DNA of 64,000 bases from Setoptus koraiensis (taxonomy: Eukaryota > Animalia > Arthropoda). Location: positions 23,064,001 to 23,128,000 of the forward strand of contig CM106586.1 of NCBI GenBank assembly GCA_048013815.1, given 5' to 3'. Under the pieces are notes generated by a model that made no database searches, was not told where the DNA came from, and worked only from the letters and a program-made list of their open reading frames with translations. Made by a program: the position numbers and the translations under genes. The stretch's first letter is position 1, and every line of letters begins with the position of its first letter. Positions 33,649 to 47,263 of the stretch are shown in pieces.

Positions 33649-36600
33649 TTGCACATTGTACAAAGTTGATTGATTCAATGCAAACTTTGTATAGCAAAGT
33701 CGCTCGAGCCGGTCGGACGACTGGCGAAGAATCGCGCTCAAAAGATTACATTTGTATTGGCGCTCGACTCTTACCAAGATCGTCTTGGCGAGGCACTGGC
33801 AGTCTTGGCAAGAGTGGACAAAGTGTGATCAATGGCGCCGTGCGTGATGATTCATCACTGAGCAGCTCTCTCTCTCTGTCGTATGCAGATGATGCAAATG
33901 ATACAAATGACGCAGATGTTACATAAGATGCGGATGCCGCATATGATGCAGATAAATAATGAGCGAATGCCCGTGGATTGTTGGCGCACGGCGCCGGGCT
34001 AACTAATTGTAGCCTAATTGACCTTGCAACATCGAGTTCTGTTACAAATGAGTAACTGGCACTGAAAATAATTGATGATAACAAATGTGTCAGTGCAAAC
34101 ATATTGTCAGCTAACAAGCGACCAAACGAGCGATTTTCATGCTGGCTTATCGCTCATTGGCCGTGTTTGTCTATGCGGCCGCTCATGTGTCTACCGGGCG
34201 CCACAATCGCCTGGCCCATCTTTGCCGGCCAATGGCAAATGTAGTTGTTGATCGGGGAGTATTAATTAGGAGTGATTAGCATCTGTGAGGAAATTCCGGC
34301 GCGCCTGAACTTGAACTGAACCAGACTGGATGCTCACGCGATGCACTGGCCGCTGCACTGTTGCTCGAATAATGATGGCGACCAGCCTAGAATGAACTCG
34401 TTAGTCGGGTTCAAATTACACAACAAATCGTGTGTCCGTGTTCATTCACAAAGTGAGTAGATTTGAAATGCGACAAGAGTCGAACAGTTTGAAAAGTCTT
34501 GAAATCTGATAAGTCTGACACGTCTGACTTATGGCCAGATGAAGCGACCAAACACAATAATTGCAAACAAAATCCTGTGCTCTCGATCGCACCACCGATA
34601 CCCGGTGTAAAGCCGATATCCCCGGCCAGCGATCAGACTGGCTCGATCGGCGATCGCCGATTGCCGCCGAACAGCATTTGCCAGCAGCGTCCGCTGGCCG
34701 CAAACGGCAGCGCTGTGTGCAGTCGGTTTCGCTCGGGGTGCCAATGGCCTCCAATGGGCACAAATGCCCAATGAACGAATGGATGAAAATTGCATGCAAA
34801 TAACGAGTTAATCAATGGCCAATCAATGATGATCGTGCACGATAACACACACATGATAATACCTGATACAATGTATGATGATATTGTTCCGACGCGGGCA
34901 TGTTGCTAGCGATTAATTGGCAAATGGCGCCGCTCAACTTGAGTCAGACAAATCGACGGGCCGGCAATGGAATTGATCCTGGCCAGCGTGTGAATATCAT
35001 TCAAGATGATGAGTCTGTCCAGTTTGTGCATTAGTTGAAATGTGTAAACTGGTTAATTCACCATTAGCAAATAAGTCAATCATACAGGTGAGTTGCGTGA
35101 GTGCATTGTCGGCATTATCGCTTGGTATTATCGGCCGCATATCGCGCATTGTTGCGCAATTGGCTGAACAGGTGAGCTGAGAGTGACAGGTGCAACATGA
35201 CGATTGTGTCACTTTTGCTTATTGATTTGCGCTTGTCACGCATCATTAGATTATTGGTTTGGGCCATCGGTGGCCAGTGTCAATTGTTGCCCAACAGCAA
35301 ATGTCATGCAACTGACCCGCTGCGGCCCGACGCCGAGCGGCCCGACACCGAGCGGCCCGACGCCGAGCGGCCCGACCCTGGGCGGCCGGACACTGGAATG
35401 CCACTGCTCTGTGGCGGCAGTGGCGGCGGCGGCGGCCGCCGCACGGCAACAAGTGGCCTTGGCACAAGTGCGAAAGGTGCGCTGCTTGGTGCGAGCCGGG
35501 CCCGACCGACCACTGAGCCGGCTTGCCACAGGTAATGCGAGCCAGTACGACACAGTGACGCAACGACACAACGACGCAACAAAGACTTGATTTAAACTTG
35601 ACACACAAGCACCGGTGACACTGGCATCGCCGGCATCATTGCCAGCGATGGCGGCGAGTATAATTGATAATTATCTCAAGGTAATTGGCGCAAGTCGTGC
35701 CGTCCAGCCTTGCGCGCACACACACGCACACACACACGGATAATCATGCGGCTAGTTTGCGAGTCTCAAGCAAGAGTTGCCAGCGATGCCAGGGATTGGG
35801 CAATGCCATAGTGCACCGCTTTCGAATCGCAATCTATCCAGCTATCTGTCTCAGTGAGCAATGAACACAACGCACACGCACGCACAGCTCGCAACTGACA
35901 ACAGATTAGATAATTATCCGCATGGACACCATACAAATGGGCGAGGCTAGCCGGGCCAAAGGGTGCCAGATGCAGGTGAGCTGGCGGATATTTGACTCGA
36001 ACAATTTGACTCAAATTATTTGAGGGAGCGCGCGTTTGTAAGGTGCGAGCAACAAAAAGTTTGAAATCGCTGATTCAATTTTCGTGTTTCGCTCTCGTTG
36101 CTGTGATGTTGTTGTATGTGTTGTTGTATGTGTTGTTGCGTGCGCTGTTATACGAGTGCGATATCTGGACAAACCGATGATGCATTATCAGGGTTTATCA
36201 AGGCTGTATCGTGGCTTGCATTGTGTTATCAAGTAACGATTATCTAACTCTTCTAAATGATTTGCGCCCTCCAAATGATTAACCGTTGGCAGCGATCATC
36301 AGCATTAGCGATATCAGTTGTTACTAACAACTTGTTATGTTATGTTGTTATGTTTGAGATTAAATACACGTAACACAACAGGCGGCGGACACTTGTTGTT
36401 GTCTCACAATCAGAGTCAATCTGTCTGACAGTTTGTCTGCTGTGAGACAAACAAAAACAAAAAAATGATGCAATGACTTGCGAGTGTCATATCTCATAAA
36501 TGTACTCAATCTCATATTTGTGCTCATATTGTAAACTATAGCCAATATAAAGCCAATTGTGTGCGTACATTGTGGCCCCGCAGAGTGGCCCTATGATGCA

Positions 36601-39600
36601 AGATGTGGCCAAATTCTGGCCAACATCCGCATCATTGACCTGTTCACCCTAGTGCTTGAGTGTGTTACAAAGCCAACTAGTGTTATGGTTCACCGACCTT
36701 GCCCGTCCGTCCGTCCGTCTGTCTGCTATACGCTCAAAATGGTCAGTGAGTCATTACGTAACACACTCAGCTGTGCAGCATCACTTGTATCATCACGATC
36801 GGCTGACCGTCACACTTGCCGCTTGACCATTTACTTGCGTCCACCGGCCAACAGTGACTGGCCACTAGTGACTGGCCACTAGTGACTGGCACCAGCACTA
36901 GGGGCTGCCACTTGTTGCAAGCAGCGCCACTTGCCGCAACAACAGTTGCTAGCTTGCCACTAACAGTCACTTGCCCCCGCTGTCTGTTAATCTTGTTAAT
37001 TTGTTTATATGCAACAACAGCAGCATCACTAACTAAAACAGTTGATTGCACACACACACAATTGATGCACTTGTTGCGCACGCCGATGATGTGACGCAAC
37101 TGGCCAATGCCACCGGCCCAACTCACGCCACTCGGCCAGCCAACTTCCTTGCTTGGCCTCCTCCTCCGCCACTACCTGTTACTGGCTGTTACTACCTGTT
37201 TCTACTACCTGTTGCTAGTCTACCTGTTGCGCCGCAGTGTGCTGACAAGTATTGCTCATTCTCACTATTATTACACTTGCATATCAATGCTTTCAGTACC
37301 AATATCAATAGTACAATATCAGACCATTTGCAATATCAAATATGCCTATGGAGAGTTGTTGGTCCACTCGCACTCACGTTCATTTCAGCTGACTCTTGGG
37401 CTGTTGCCCACGATAGCAAGTTTGGCCAACTGATCGTTCACAGCTCCCCTCGTCTCATTTATCCGTCCACTTGATCAGATCTGATCCGATCCCATTCAGC
37501 TGATTTGTGTATTCACAGCAGTGCCAATCCAGCGGCTATTTAATTGCGATTGCCGCCGCCACTCAGCTCGATGTTAGCTGGCAAAAAGTGACCAGTTCAC
37601 GATCATTGTCGGCCAAGATCAAGCTCGCTGGCCGGCCGGCCGACTACAAATTGCAATGAAGCTAAATGGTTGTGATTATCATCGGCGGCAACATTGTAAT
37701 TTACATATTTTACTTAGTAGCCGGCACACTGTGTACATCATCATCATCACCATCGGCAACAGCAGCGCAAGAGGCAACAGCAACGCAAGAGCCAACAGCA
37801 AGAGGCAATGCCCTCCCCCAACTCATTAAGTTGGAACGCATTCCAGTGAGGTTGTTGGCTACAAGTGCCAGTATTGAAAGTTGTTGTTGTTGTTGTTGTT
37901 TTCGCCAACTGCACAACCTGTGTGCACTATGCGGGCATTTGGACCAGATTTATCAATTAAGCAGAGGGACAGTGGGAGCAAAAGAAGTCAAACGAGGCAA
38001 CAAGCAACCATGCAGAAAAGCAGAGAAAGAGTGTGAAAAAGTGGGCGCAAAATCGAAAAGTTCTCAGCTTCAGGCGGGGGCGTACACACTGTTCGATATT
38101 GATCAGATTGACTTTCCAACTTTCTTTGGAATCTCCTCTGCCTGCGATGCTTCTTTTCAAATAAATTATATTACATAAACTCGCCTTAAACTGTTTGTTT
38201 GTTGTGGCGAGTCCAGTCACACACACACACACACAGTTGGCAAAGTTGGAGCAAGTTGGCAAGAGTCGGAATAGGAGAGAGGGATGAGTCCCAGTAGTAG
38301 GTGGCAGGGCAATATTTGCGCCCATTGGAAACACTCGATTAAACTCAAAACAACTCCAACACATTTAGTTAATCCTGAATAATTGCCAAGCTGGAGCGGT
38401 ACGAGTAACTCTAGACTCATTAGCTCACTCGATGAGCTGGCCAACCATCGTGGCTAGCTGGCCAACAATCACCTGTCCAGAATTTATCCGCCAAGTTCAC
38501 TTATCCAGCGGTTGCCGGAATAGAGTGCGAGCATCATCGGATGCTGCCCTGGGCACTGGCCTCTCGCCGCTCACCTCTGGCCAGCCCTTGACAACAAAAT
38601 CTCGAAACAAAATATTAATCTTGTTGTGTCGCTTCGAGAATAGTTGCTTCTGCCAACAAATGACACACGCCGGTCGGCGCTTAGTCTCTCTCTCTCTCTC
38701 TCTCTAGCAACACACCTGAGCATAGCTGTCATGTCGCAACGCTGACTGGCTCATACACTGACTGATAAAATCCGGAGACAAAAAACTTATGCGAGCTTGA
38801 CAAAACAGACGAAACTACTTCATTCATCGGCCAGATAGAGGAATAACCTCTAGCCGCACTAGCTTGCCACTATGTGTAAATGCTATGCATACTAAGCACA
38901 AGATAGTCCATGTGAATTGATCACAGGCTGATTGTGATATAGTTAAACGAAACGAAACGAGCTCCAGATGAACTCGCTGATTTTGTCCTCCTGTCAAAAC
39001 CTAATTCCGACAACTCAATGATGATCACCCTACCGGTAATAGTGCCTGGCAAATGTGTGTACTATTACCGGTGCGATACATTTTACTGTATTTTTTCTAT
39101 TTTAAAATTTATTACACTCAACATAATATGCAGAATATGGAGTGTATGTAGAGTAGTGTCAACTTTGAATTATCACGTTATCTTGATGATACAAAATTAC
39201 TAGTTACGGCCAAGTCACCCTGTTGCCAGGTACAACACCGCATGCAGCAACAACACCACTTCGGTCAACCGCTCTTACCGGACTAGATCGACACAAATCC
39301 GCTAAAGTTGCATTCAAGACTTTTATTGAGTCAATTAACATACTATTATCATCACGTTCACTTCCAAGTTGGCTAAAGCTTGGCGCTCTTCTTAGTTTTA
39401 TTCCAACGCCACTATCAATCAGTTTGATTTTGAGCGATGGTCTAAGCAAAGTGTCATAAGTCATGACACTCACTTGTCTGTCTCTAATGAACAACTAGCA
39501 AGCCAACGAACAAGCGAGCCAGAGCTGCTTGCAACTCGATAATGGCCACTAGTGAAGTGAATATTTATATCTGGTTCGACTGTTCAGTTGCTATATATAA

Positions 39601-40015
39601 AGTACAACACCGACAGCGAATAACAACTCGCCTTTGAGAACAATACTGCGTCGTGATATCACCCAATCGATTGTTGCTCCCTTTGTTGGCTGGTCATCTC
39701 TAATGATAACACTTTGTACAGCATTATCATAATCATGCTAATGAATTATGCCAACCATAATATCGTGACGGCAACATTATGTTGATGATTATCACCAGAC
39801 AGTCTATCACAATCCATTATGATTGATCGAAAATGATTGGCCGACGACACATTGTTGACTGATGCAGTTTTTCATTAGTGTAGACGACTTGATTATATAA
39901 TCCACCAGATTCTATAATGTACAAACTATTTTCAACAACAGTCCAAGTAAACCAAATGTCGCTGCTCAACTACTATTGGTTATTGATTGACTATTGGCTG
40001 ATATCACTGTTGGTT

Positions 40016-40927
40016 TTATTCTTTGATGTACTTTGCTTGAATCCAACATCGACACATCTTCAATGATTTTGCCCTATTGCATAACAATCGTCGATCTGTG
40101 TTGAGTTCTTTCTTTTTCATGCCGGCCTGCCTGAAAAGAGAGTCAACAAAGTTCTCTGTGAAAAAGTATGTAGTGGTCCCGTCGCCTCTAACGTAATAAT
40201 TTTCATCGAGTCTGGATTTTCCTTTGAATCTTAATTGAGCCATATCGTATCTGGCATAGTCTCTAAAAAATATCGTTCCACCCTTGGCCAGATATTTGAC
40301 CAAGTTTGACACAACATTTGACATTTGATCTACCCTTATTGCAGATAAAACAAATATCATGGTTATGAAATTGAGCTCACCGGAAATCTTCTCTTCGAGT
40401 CGATGCAAAGAATGTGTTATATCTAACTGAAATGCAGAAATGTTGCCATTTTCACTATACAAGGGATTCTTTTTGAGAGTTTCAATCGCGTATGAAGAGA
40501 TATCACAACAATACAAAAATAATCGCGGATTTTTGTTTTCCTTGACTATCGGTATAACAGCGTTTCCGACACCTGAGCCAACCTCAAGAAGTTTGCAATC
40601 TTTCGAGTCCAACCTGAGATATTCAATGATTTCCGGTAGCTCTGAAAATATCCAACGACGATCCTTGAAGAAACGGTCCTCGTGAGTTGCATAAAACTCT
40701 TGCCACTTTTGTTCACATTCTGATTCAATTTTTGAAATACGCTTTTGGATGTCTCCATCATTTATCATCTCGGCCTCCTCTCGCTGAATTTTAAGTCTTT
40801 GTTCTGCCTCCTGAACCATATCATCGTTCCACACGAGATCATCCCACGCATTCTGCGAGAATATATCCTGATCATCAGTTAGATGACGACCTCTCTTTGT
40901 TAGTCTAATACCCGGAGTGTTTTGCAT
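40016..40927 (-). CDS. METTL2: tRNA N3-methylcytidine methyltransferase, METTL2-like, intronless, 303 aa
   Basis: R.LTD...FSQNAWDDLVW N-terminal motif, KWQEFY..HEDRFFKDRRW, SAM motif LLEVGSGVGN, MIFVLSAI, FRDYARYDMAQLRFK, YVRGDGT, C-terminal WIQAKY. Confidence 0.95.
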   Translation of the reverse strand: MQNTPGIRLTKRGRHLTDDQDIFSQNAWDDLVWNDDMVQEAEQRLKIQREEAEMINDGDIQKRISKIESECEQKWQEFYATHEDRFFKDRRWIFSELPEIIEYLRLDSKDCKLLEVGSGVGNAVIPIVKENKNPRLFLYCCDISSYAIETLKKNPLYSENGNISAFQLDITHSLHRLEEKISGELNFITMIFVLSAIRVDQMSNVVSNLVKYLAKGGTIFFRDYARYDMAQLRFKGKSRLDENYYVRGDGTTTYFFTENFVDSLFRQAGMKKKELNTDRRLLCNRAKSLKMCRCWIQAKYIKE

Positions 40928-41336
40928 GTGAAATATTTCTTGGAAACAATGAAGAGCATCGGTGATTCTGCTGGATAAATGAAAATCTTTGCTGGCTTTG
41001 GGGTCCTATGCAAAAGAATCGGAAATAGATATGGATTGTATCAGAATAGATAAACCATCGTGATTGCAATCGGCTTATTTTGGCAGGACAACATCTGACT
41101 CAATCAGTGCCGCCGAACAGCGCTTTAACGTTTTAAATGCCGCGCTATAACAGCAAATGTTGTGTGTGTTGTAAGCGTTTTGTCAAAACTACCTGACAAT
41201 CGCCTAAATGGACATGATTGTAACGATTCTGTTACTGTTATATTATTGAAGATATAATATATTTATATGAAAAAGGTAATATATCTAAGCCTAATATTAT
41301 TATTTACTACCCATTGTATTTATTTCAAATCAAATC
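40928..41336. promoter_or_regulatory. Probable bidirectional promoter and 5' UTR region shared by METTL2 (-) and gamma-COP (+)
   Basis: Head-to-head start codons only 409 bp apart; inferred from geometry, no specific element identified. Confidence 0.6.
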
Positions 41337-43815
41337 ATGGTACTGGACAAGAAGGATGAGAATTCCTGGGAGGAATCCCTGGACAAGACTACGGTATTGC
41401 AAGAGGCTCGTCTTTTCAATGCAACCTCTGTAGATGTAAGAAAATGTAGTCTAGTTCTAACCAAAATCATCTATGTAATCATGCAAGGAGAACGTCTCAC
41501 ACAAAAGGAAGCGACAGATGTATTCTTCAACATGACTAGACTCTTTCAATCAAAAGATTCCACTCTCAGGCGCCTTACTTACATTGGTATAAAGGAATTA
41601 TCCAAGCAAGCAGAAAACGTCTATGTCGTTACTTCTAGCCTAACAACCGATGTAAACTCGTCCAAAGATAATCCAGCTGTTAGAGCATCTGCCCTACGTG
41701 CTCTATGCCAAATTTCAGATGAGTCCACTGTGCCCAGCATAGAGAGATATCTTAAACAAGCGATCGTAGATAAGTCTCCAGTTGTCGCCTCAGCCGCATT
41801 GGTATCTTCGTTGCATCTATCTTCCTCCATACCAGAATGTGTCAAAAGGTGGACAACTGAGATACAGGGAGCATTAAACTCCGACTCACCGATGGTTCAA
41901 TACCACGCTCTAGGACTATTATATAAAATAAGAAAAGATGATCGGCTGGCAATTTCAAAACTGATAAGCAATTGTATTAAAAACGGACTACGATCAATAT
42001 TCGCGATTTGTTTCCTAATAAGAATCATCATTCGATTGATTAATGATGAGGAAATCGATGGGGATGAGGCAAAATATTACCTAGATTTTATTAAGAATAG
42101 TCTACATCACAGGTCGGATACAGTAATTTATGAGGCCGCCAACGCGTTAGCAAACTTGCGAAATGCAAGTGCTCATGAGCTATCAGCCCCTGTTTCAGCT
42201 CTTCATACATTCCTAAGTTCACCCAAAGCCACATTGAGATTTGCAGCAGTGCGAACCCTAAATAGGGTTGCAACTACACATCCTGGCGTTGTTTCAGCAT
42301 GCAATCTCGACCTAGAATCATTGATTACGCAATCCGATACCAACCGATCTATAGCGACTCTGGCTATCACAACTCTACTGAAGACAGGAAGCGAAAATTC
42401 TATTGAAAGATTTCTCTCTCAAATTGGAGGGTTCCTTCCCGAAATTGACGATGAGTTCAAGGTTGTAGTTGTGGCATCTATCAGACAACTATGTCAACGA
42501 TACCCAGCCAAGCATTATGTCATGATGAACTTTCTGTCTAAGATGCTACGAGAAGAAGGTGGTTACAACTATAAAAAAGCAATTGTTGACACCATTATTA
42601 ATATAATAGAAGACAACGAAGAAACCAAGGAAGAGGGCCTGATTCATCTATGTGACTTCATCGAAGATTGTGAGCATACAGGTTTGGCCGTCAAAGTTTT
42701 GAGTCTTCTAGGTAGGGAAGGACCAAAAACGGTCAATCCATCTAGGTATACTCGATTCATTGATAATCGCCTATTTTTAGAGAAATCTCCCGTTGAATGT
42801 GCCGCAGCTGCCGCATTGGCGAAATTTGGTGCCAACTGCAAGGATCCAGAGAGTATTCTTATAGCCTTCGATAGGAGCAGTCTTAATAAAGATGATGAAG
42901 TGCGCGACAGGGACATATTTTACAAAAACATTCTAAGCGTAGGAGATCCTTCGTTGAGTTCTCAATTTGTTAGTAATCCCCTTTTACAGGTATCATTTTC
43001 AGACCTTGAAGCTAAACTCATGGATTATATTGAATTTGGCTCACACGACGAACCATTCGATATAAAATCGGTGGCATTTGTTGGATCAGAGAACTTGAAT
43101 TTCGATACTCATTCCGAAAGAATCCTTAGAGCCAATGACATGGAGGGCGCCTATACAAGTGTCGAAGACAAACATGAGATTTCTATTACAAATAATAACA
43201 CCAACACCTCAGTCCAAAATTCGATTAACTTTGAAGCAACTATTCAAGCAATTGAAGAACTAGCCTCACTCGGCCTGGGTCCCCTTCTCACATCTCAGGA
43301 ACCAATAGCCCTAACAGAACCAGAAACAGAAATAGTTGTCAGCTGTATCAAGCACATATTCCGAGAACATATATTGTTTCAATTCGAATGCACCAACACT
43401 ATGAGTGATCAAACACTGCAACAAGTTTCTGTGGAGATGTGTGTAAGTAGTATAAGCATATTGAATTTTAGATTAATATGTGTTCTCTATAGTGCAGATA
43501 ATTGATTGAAAATCCTCTTAACACACTTTTTATCTCTTTCAGGTGCCGCATGGTCTGCAAATAGTGGCCAGTATCAAATGTCCCGAGTTGTTATATAATA
43601 AAAAATCGGCGGCTTACGTTTGCGCAAAACTAAGAGGTGACGATCCTCAATTGGGGACATGCGATAACGTTTTCCTCAAATACATCGTGGGTGATTCGTC
43701 GGATGACAGGGGCATAGAAGACGAATATCAATTGGAAAACTTTGATGTCGACCTGCCTGAGTTTATGCTGGATGGTTACGTTAATGAAGGTTTTAATCAT
43801 CATGGTTCGAATTGA
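41337..43815 (+). CDS. COPG1: Coatomer subunit gamma (gamma-COP): join(41337-43442, 43543-43815), 792 aa; C-terminus shorter than canonical
   Basis: DKKDE N-terminus, VLQEARLFN, FFNMTRLFQSKD..LRR, YLKQAIVDK, LRFAAVRTLN, NRSIATLAITTLLKTG, LREEGGYNYK, CDFIEDCEH, LLGREGP, HILFQFECTNTM. 100-nt intron TGT|GTAAGT...TCTCTTTCAG|GTG. Confidence 0.93.
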
Positions 43816-45135
43816 GCGCGCTTGGGTATGCATCGGAATTAGATGCATTTGGGGCATTGCAATTAGTGTGTTGCGGTCAAAAGAGCCCGCCCAACCGAAC
43901 ATGCCCAGCTCTCGAGCGGATTTTGGGCAGTGGGCATGCCCAAGATGAAATAAAAAACAGCCAGATATTACCAATAAAAGTGAAGAATGATGAAAAATAA
44001 GTGTGTCGTTCGATATAAACCATTTCTCTATGAACAATGAATACAGGCCATATTGCGGTCATGGGCCAGGTTGAGAGAAAATCTTTTTACAGGTCTGTTT
44101 GCAAACGGATGACTTTGGGTTCGCGGGTCGGTGGCACCGCGAATGGACAAGTGCTCTAGAGCGGTCCATTGGTCGGTCAAGCTGGATACACAGGACAAGA
44201 ACCGCTGCTTGCAACACACACACACACACACACACACAACCGTGGTCGTGTGGGTAGAATTGATCGAACCTCTTGCCACTCATTCGTTTGTGCGTCTGTT
44301 CTCATCGCTGCGCTTTCGTGGTTGGCGCGTTTGTCCGTGTGTGTGTCTGTGTTCTTCAGAATGACGAAAAAGAATGGCTCTGCCACTGCCGCCGCTACCT
44401 ATGCCTGTCCATTGCTGGCTCACACATCCTCTGAGAGTCAGTATTATATGCTAACGTTTTGTTGTCGTCGTTGTGGACGTTGAACTAGGTTATCAAGCCG
44501 ACTACAACACTACAACTCCCATAGTTGATCCGGATAATTGACAAAAATACAAAACGCAAAATACAAAATCAGCCGATAACAATATCCTCATCGCGGCCGA
44601 TTTGTGTGCCGACTGATCAGTCAGCGTCGTCGCAACAAACGAATAGTATTAGCAGCTTTTACTATCCATTATTATTTTTGCTGTTCTGTTTTGTTTAAAA
44701 ACAGACAACAGTGTCATATATACACATCACATATTACATGTATCATATAATAACCCACCATAGGTACCCTTCTCTACACCTGTGAGTGTGTGTGTGATAG
44801 AAACAACATAGACAAACAAATGAAATTACATTTTTAAATTATAAATAAACTGTGTGTATTTAGAGAACAGGCAGTACTGATATTGCTAATAATAATAATC
44901 AGCAACCACCAACAATAATAACTAAATATATCTTTCCACCAACCAATGATTTGAGGCCAAGGACAAATTACAACCAAGATATACTCAAAATATATCGGAA
45001 TCACCGTTTGAAACATACGTTGAACCTGATAACAAAGGATAATACTCCTCTCTCTCACACACATCTCCACCATATATCCATATATCACCATAAATCATCG
45101 ATTAACTCAAACCAATCAAAATCAACTCTATCATT

Positions 45136-46520
45136 ATGACTTCACAAGTTGGCGTTTTACCTGGCTCCGGTGCTTCCAACACAATCGGAGGAATACCCCT
45201 GTTCGCTTGCACCAGATGCAACAGTCGTCATCCGTTTGAGGAGCTCTCTCAGGGGCATCAGCTGTGTAAAGAATGCCGAGGCACCTTTATTACGGTCAAA
45301 TGTACATACTGTAGAACCGAATTTCAACAAGAGAGCAAATCAAGCATCAGTTCTATTTGTAAAAAATGTGAACAACTCGTCAAATTACATGGCAAGCCAT
45401 CAGCTTGTGAATATTGCAATATAATAGCAGCATTCATCGGAACCAAATGTCAACGATGTAGCAATTCGGAAAAGAAATACGGTCCACCCATGACATGCGA
45501 ACAATGTAAACAAAAGTGCGCATTTGATAGGAAAGACCCAGAGAGTAGCAAAAAGGTTGATGGAAAATCTTTATGCTGGCTGTGTACTCTCGCATACAAG
45601 AGAACATTAGCCAAAGCCAAACAAAATCATTCCTCTATAGGCCACGGATCTTTCCCATCTTCTTCACATAGATCAAGCAACCATACAAAGACATCATCGT
45701 CTAGCAGTAGGCACAATAATCTAACTAACAGTGGTAATAATCATCAGAATAGTTACCGCCAACATAGCTCATCAACCATCACTGCATCAACTATCAATTC
45801 ATCTAATTCTAACGCTAAGAAACCACGTCTAGATGGAATAATCAACAAGACTACCAATGGTAGCTTATCCGCTACCTTACCTGTAACCTCATCAAGTTCC
45901 TTGACCACAGACTCTAGATTTAATGACACAACTAGCGATAACGTCATAGTGGTTACACAGCTTAAAGATCAGATCGCTACTTTAAATAGAAGACTTCAAC
46001 AAAAGGATAAAGATTTACTGGAAAAAGATAAACAGGTAAGAATCATTGACCAGTGTTCTTTTTGTCTTTGCCTCGAAAGATTCTATCTTTTCTGAAAGAG
46101 TTACTGAATGTACCAGTAAACTATGAGTAGAATCGAACTCGTATGACTAGGTACGATATGATTATGCGATCCGCTGAAATCAGATTGTTCTTCGCTTCAC
46201 GATTGCAGATTCTTGTGAAATTCTCAATTCTATTTATTACTTGACAAACCAGAGTGATCCGCCTAATTAATAGAATATATCTTTACTCTAACCCTTTTTG
46301 TGGAATTCACCTTTTCTGGCTGAATCAGATTGCTGAATTGAAATCCTCACATGCAAGAGAACAGAGAGAACTCAGAGAAAAGTTGTCAACCAATCAAAAG
46401 CAAAATCTGGAACGAATTAATGAAATGCAACAGAAACTTTCCCAGATGCAAAAACAAAATGTTCTATTGAATAGAGCTAATAAGAAACCCCCAGCATCCG
46501 ATGATTCTCCATTACTTTAG
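45136..46520 (+). CDS. FAM76: FAM76 family protein (Cys-rich N-terminal domain plus C-terminal coiled coil): join(45136-46035, 46329-46520)
   Basis: LFACTRC..RHPFEELSQGHQLCKECR, VKCTYCRTEFQQE, CEYCNIIAAFIGTKCQRC..SEKKYGPP, CAFDRK, KVDGK.LCWLCTL. CAG|GTAAGA...AATCAG|ATT, phase 0, 293-nt intron. Confidence 0.94.
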
Positions 46521-47263
46521 TTCATCAATTCTTAATCAACAACAACTCTAACAAGACGATACAATAGACGAAAGACCTTCGAAACATTGGAGACTCATTA
46601 TGGATTCCAATTTCTCTGCCAAAAGAAATCACCCTATAAAAGTAACACTTCATGAATCCCATGATCTTTTGTGTGCTTAGTGTCCGAGAGTTGAATCCGA
46701 TATCATATTAAAGCAGAGCATTATATACTTTCAAGTTCTACCTCCTAATATATGCTAAATCATAACTTTGAGAGCTAAATCACAACGAAGAAAACAAGAA
46801 ATTGAGGAGACAAACTATGGAAATAGTATAGCATTTCTCACCTCTTGTTCTCGCGAACCTCGTCCAAGTCGATATATAATGATAACGACAAATGAAAAAA
46901 TAGTTACGGTCTTCATCAATTAAAACGCTAAGTACATACAAGTACCTAGCGCACATATTTTATGCATACATTTTATAGTATCTGGACAAGCATCGTACTT
47001 GGTCTAAAGACAGCAACGAAATTTTTAATCGGTAAGAGTACTTTTGTCTGACCTCAATCCTCTATCGTTAAAATAAAATTGCTTGAGATTACTGAGACTA
47101 CCTTAAATTGATATTTGCATCATCGTTAATTGATCGAAGAGGATCATACAACTCGTAATCAATTATTAGTCTGGATCAAAAAAGAAAGAGAGAGAGAATG
47201 AGGCATCCTGGATGCCGTCTTGCCTTATTTATTGATATTTTGTCGCGACGAATCCATTCATTA

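Noticed and set aside
39204-39494. 96-codon minus-strand ORF at the edge of the AT-rich block, with a CCG|GTAAGA donor-like site
   Set aside because: No recognisable family; the donor is phase 0 and does not fit the phase-1 alternative transglutaminase acceptor. Cannot be supported without RNA data.
43630-44283. Minus-strand ORFs overlapping the gamma-COP 3' end
   Set aside because: No recognisable homology; partly antisense shadow of gamma-COP exon 2 and partly CA repeat.
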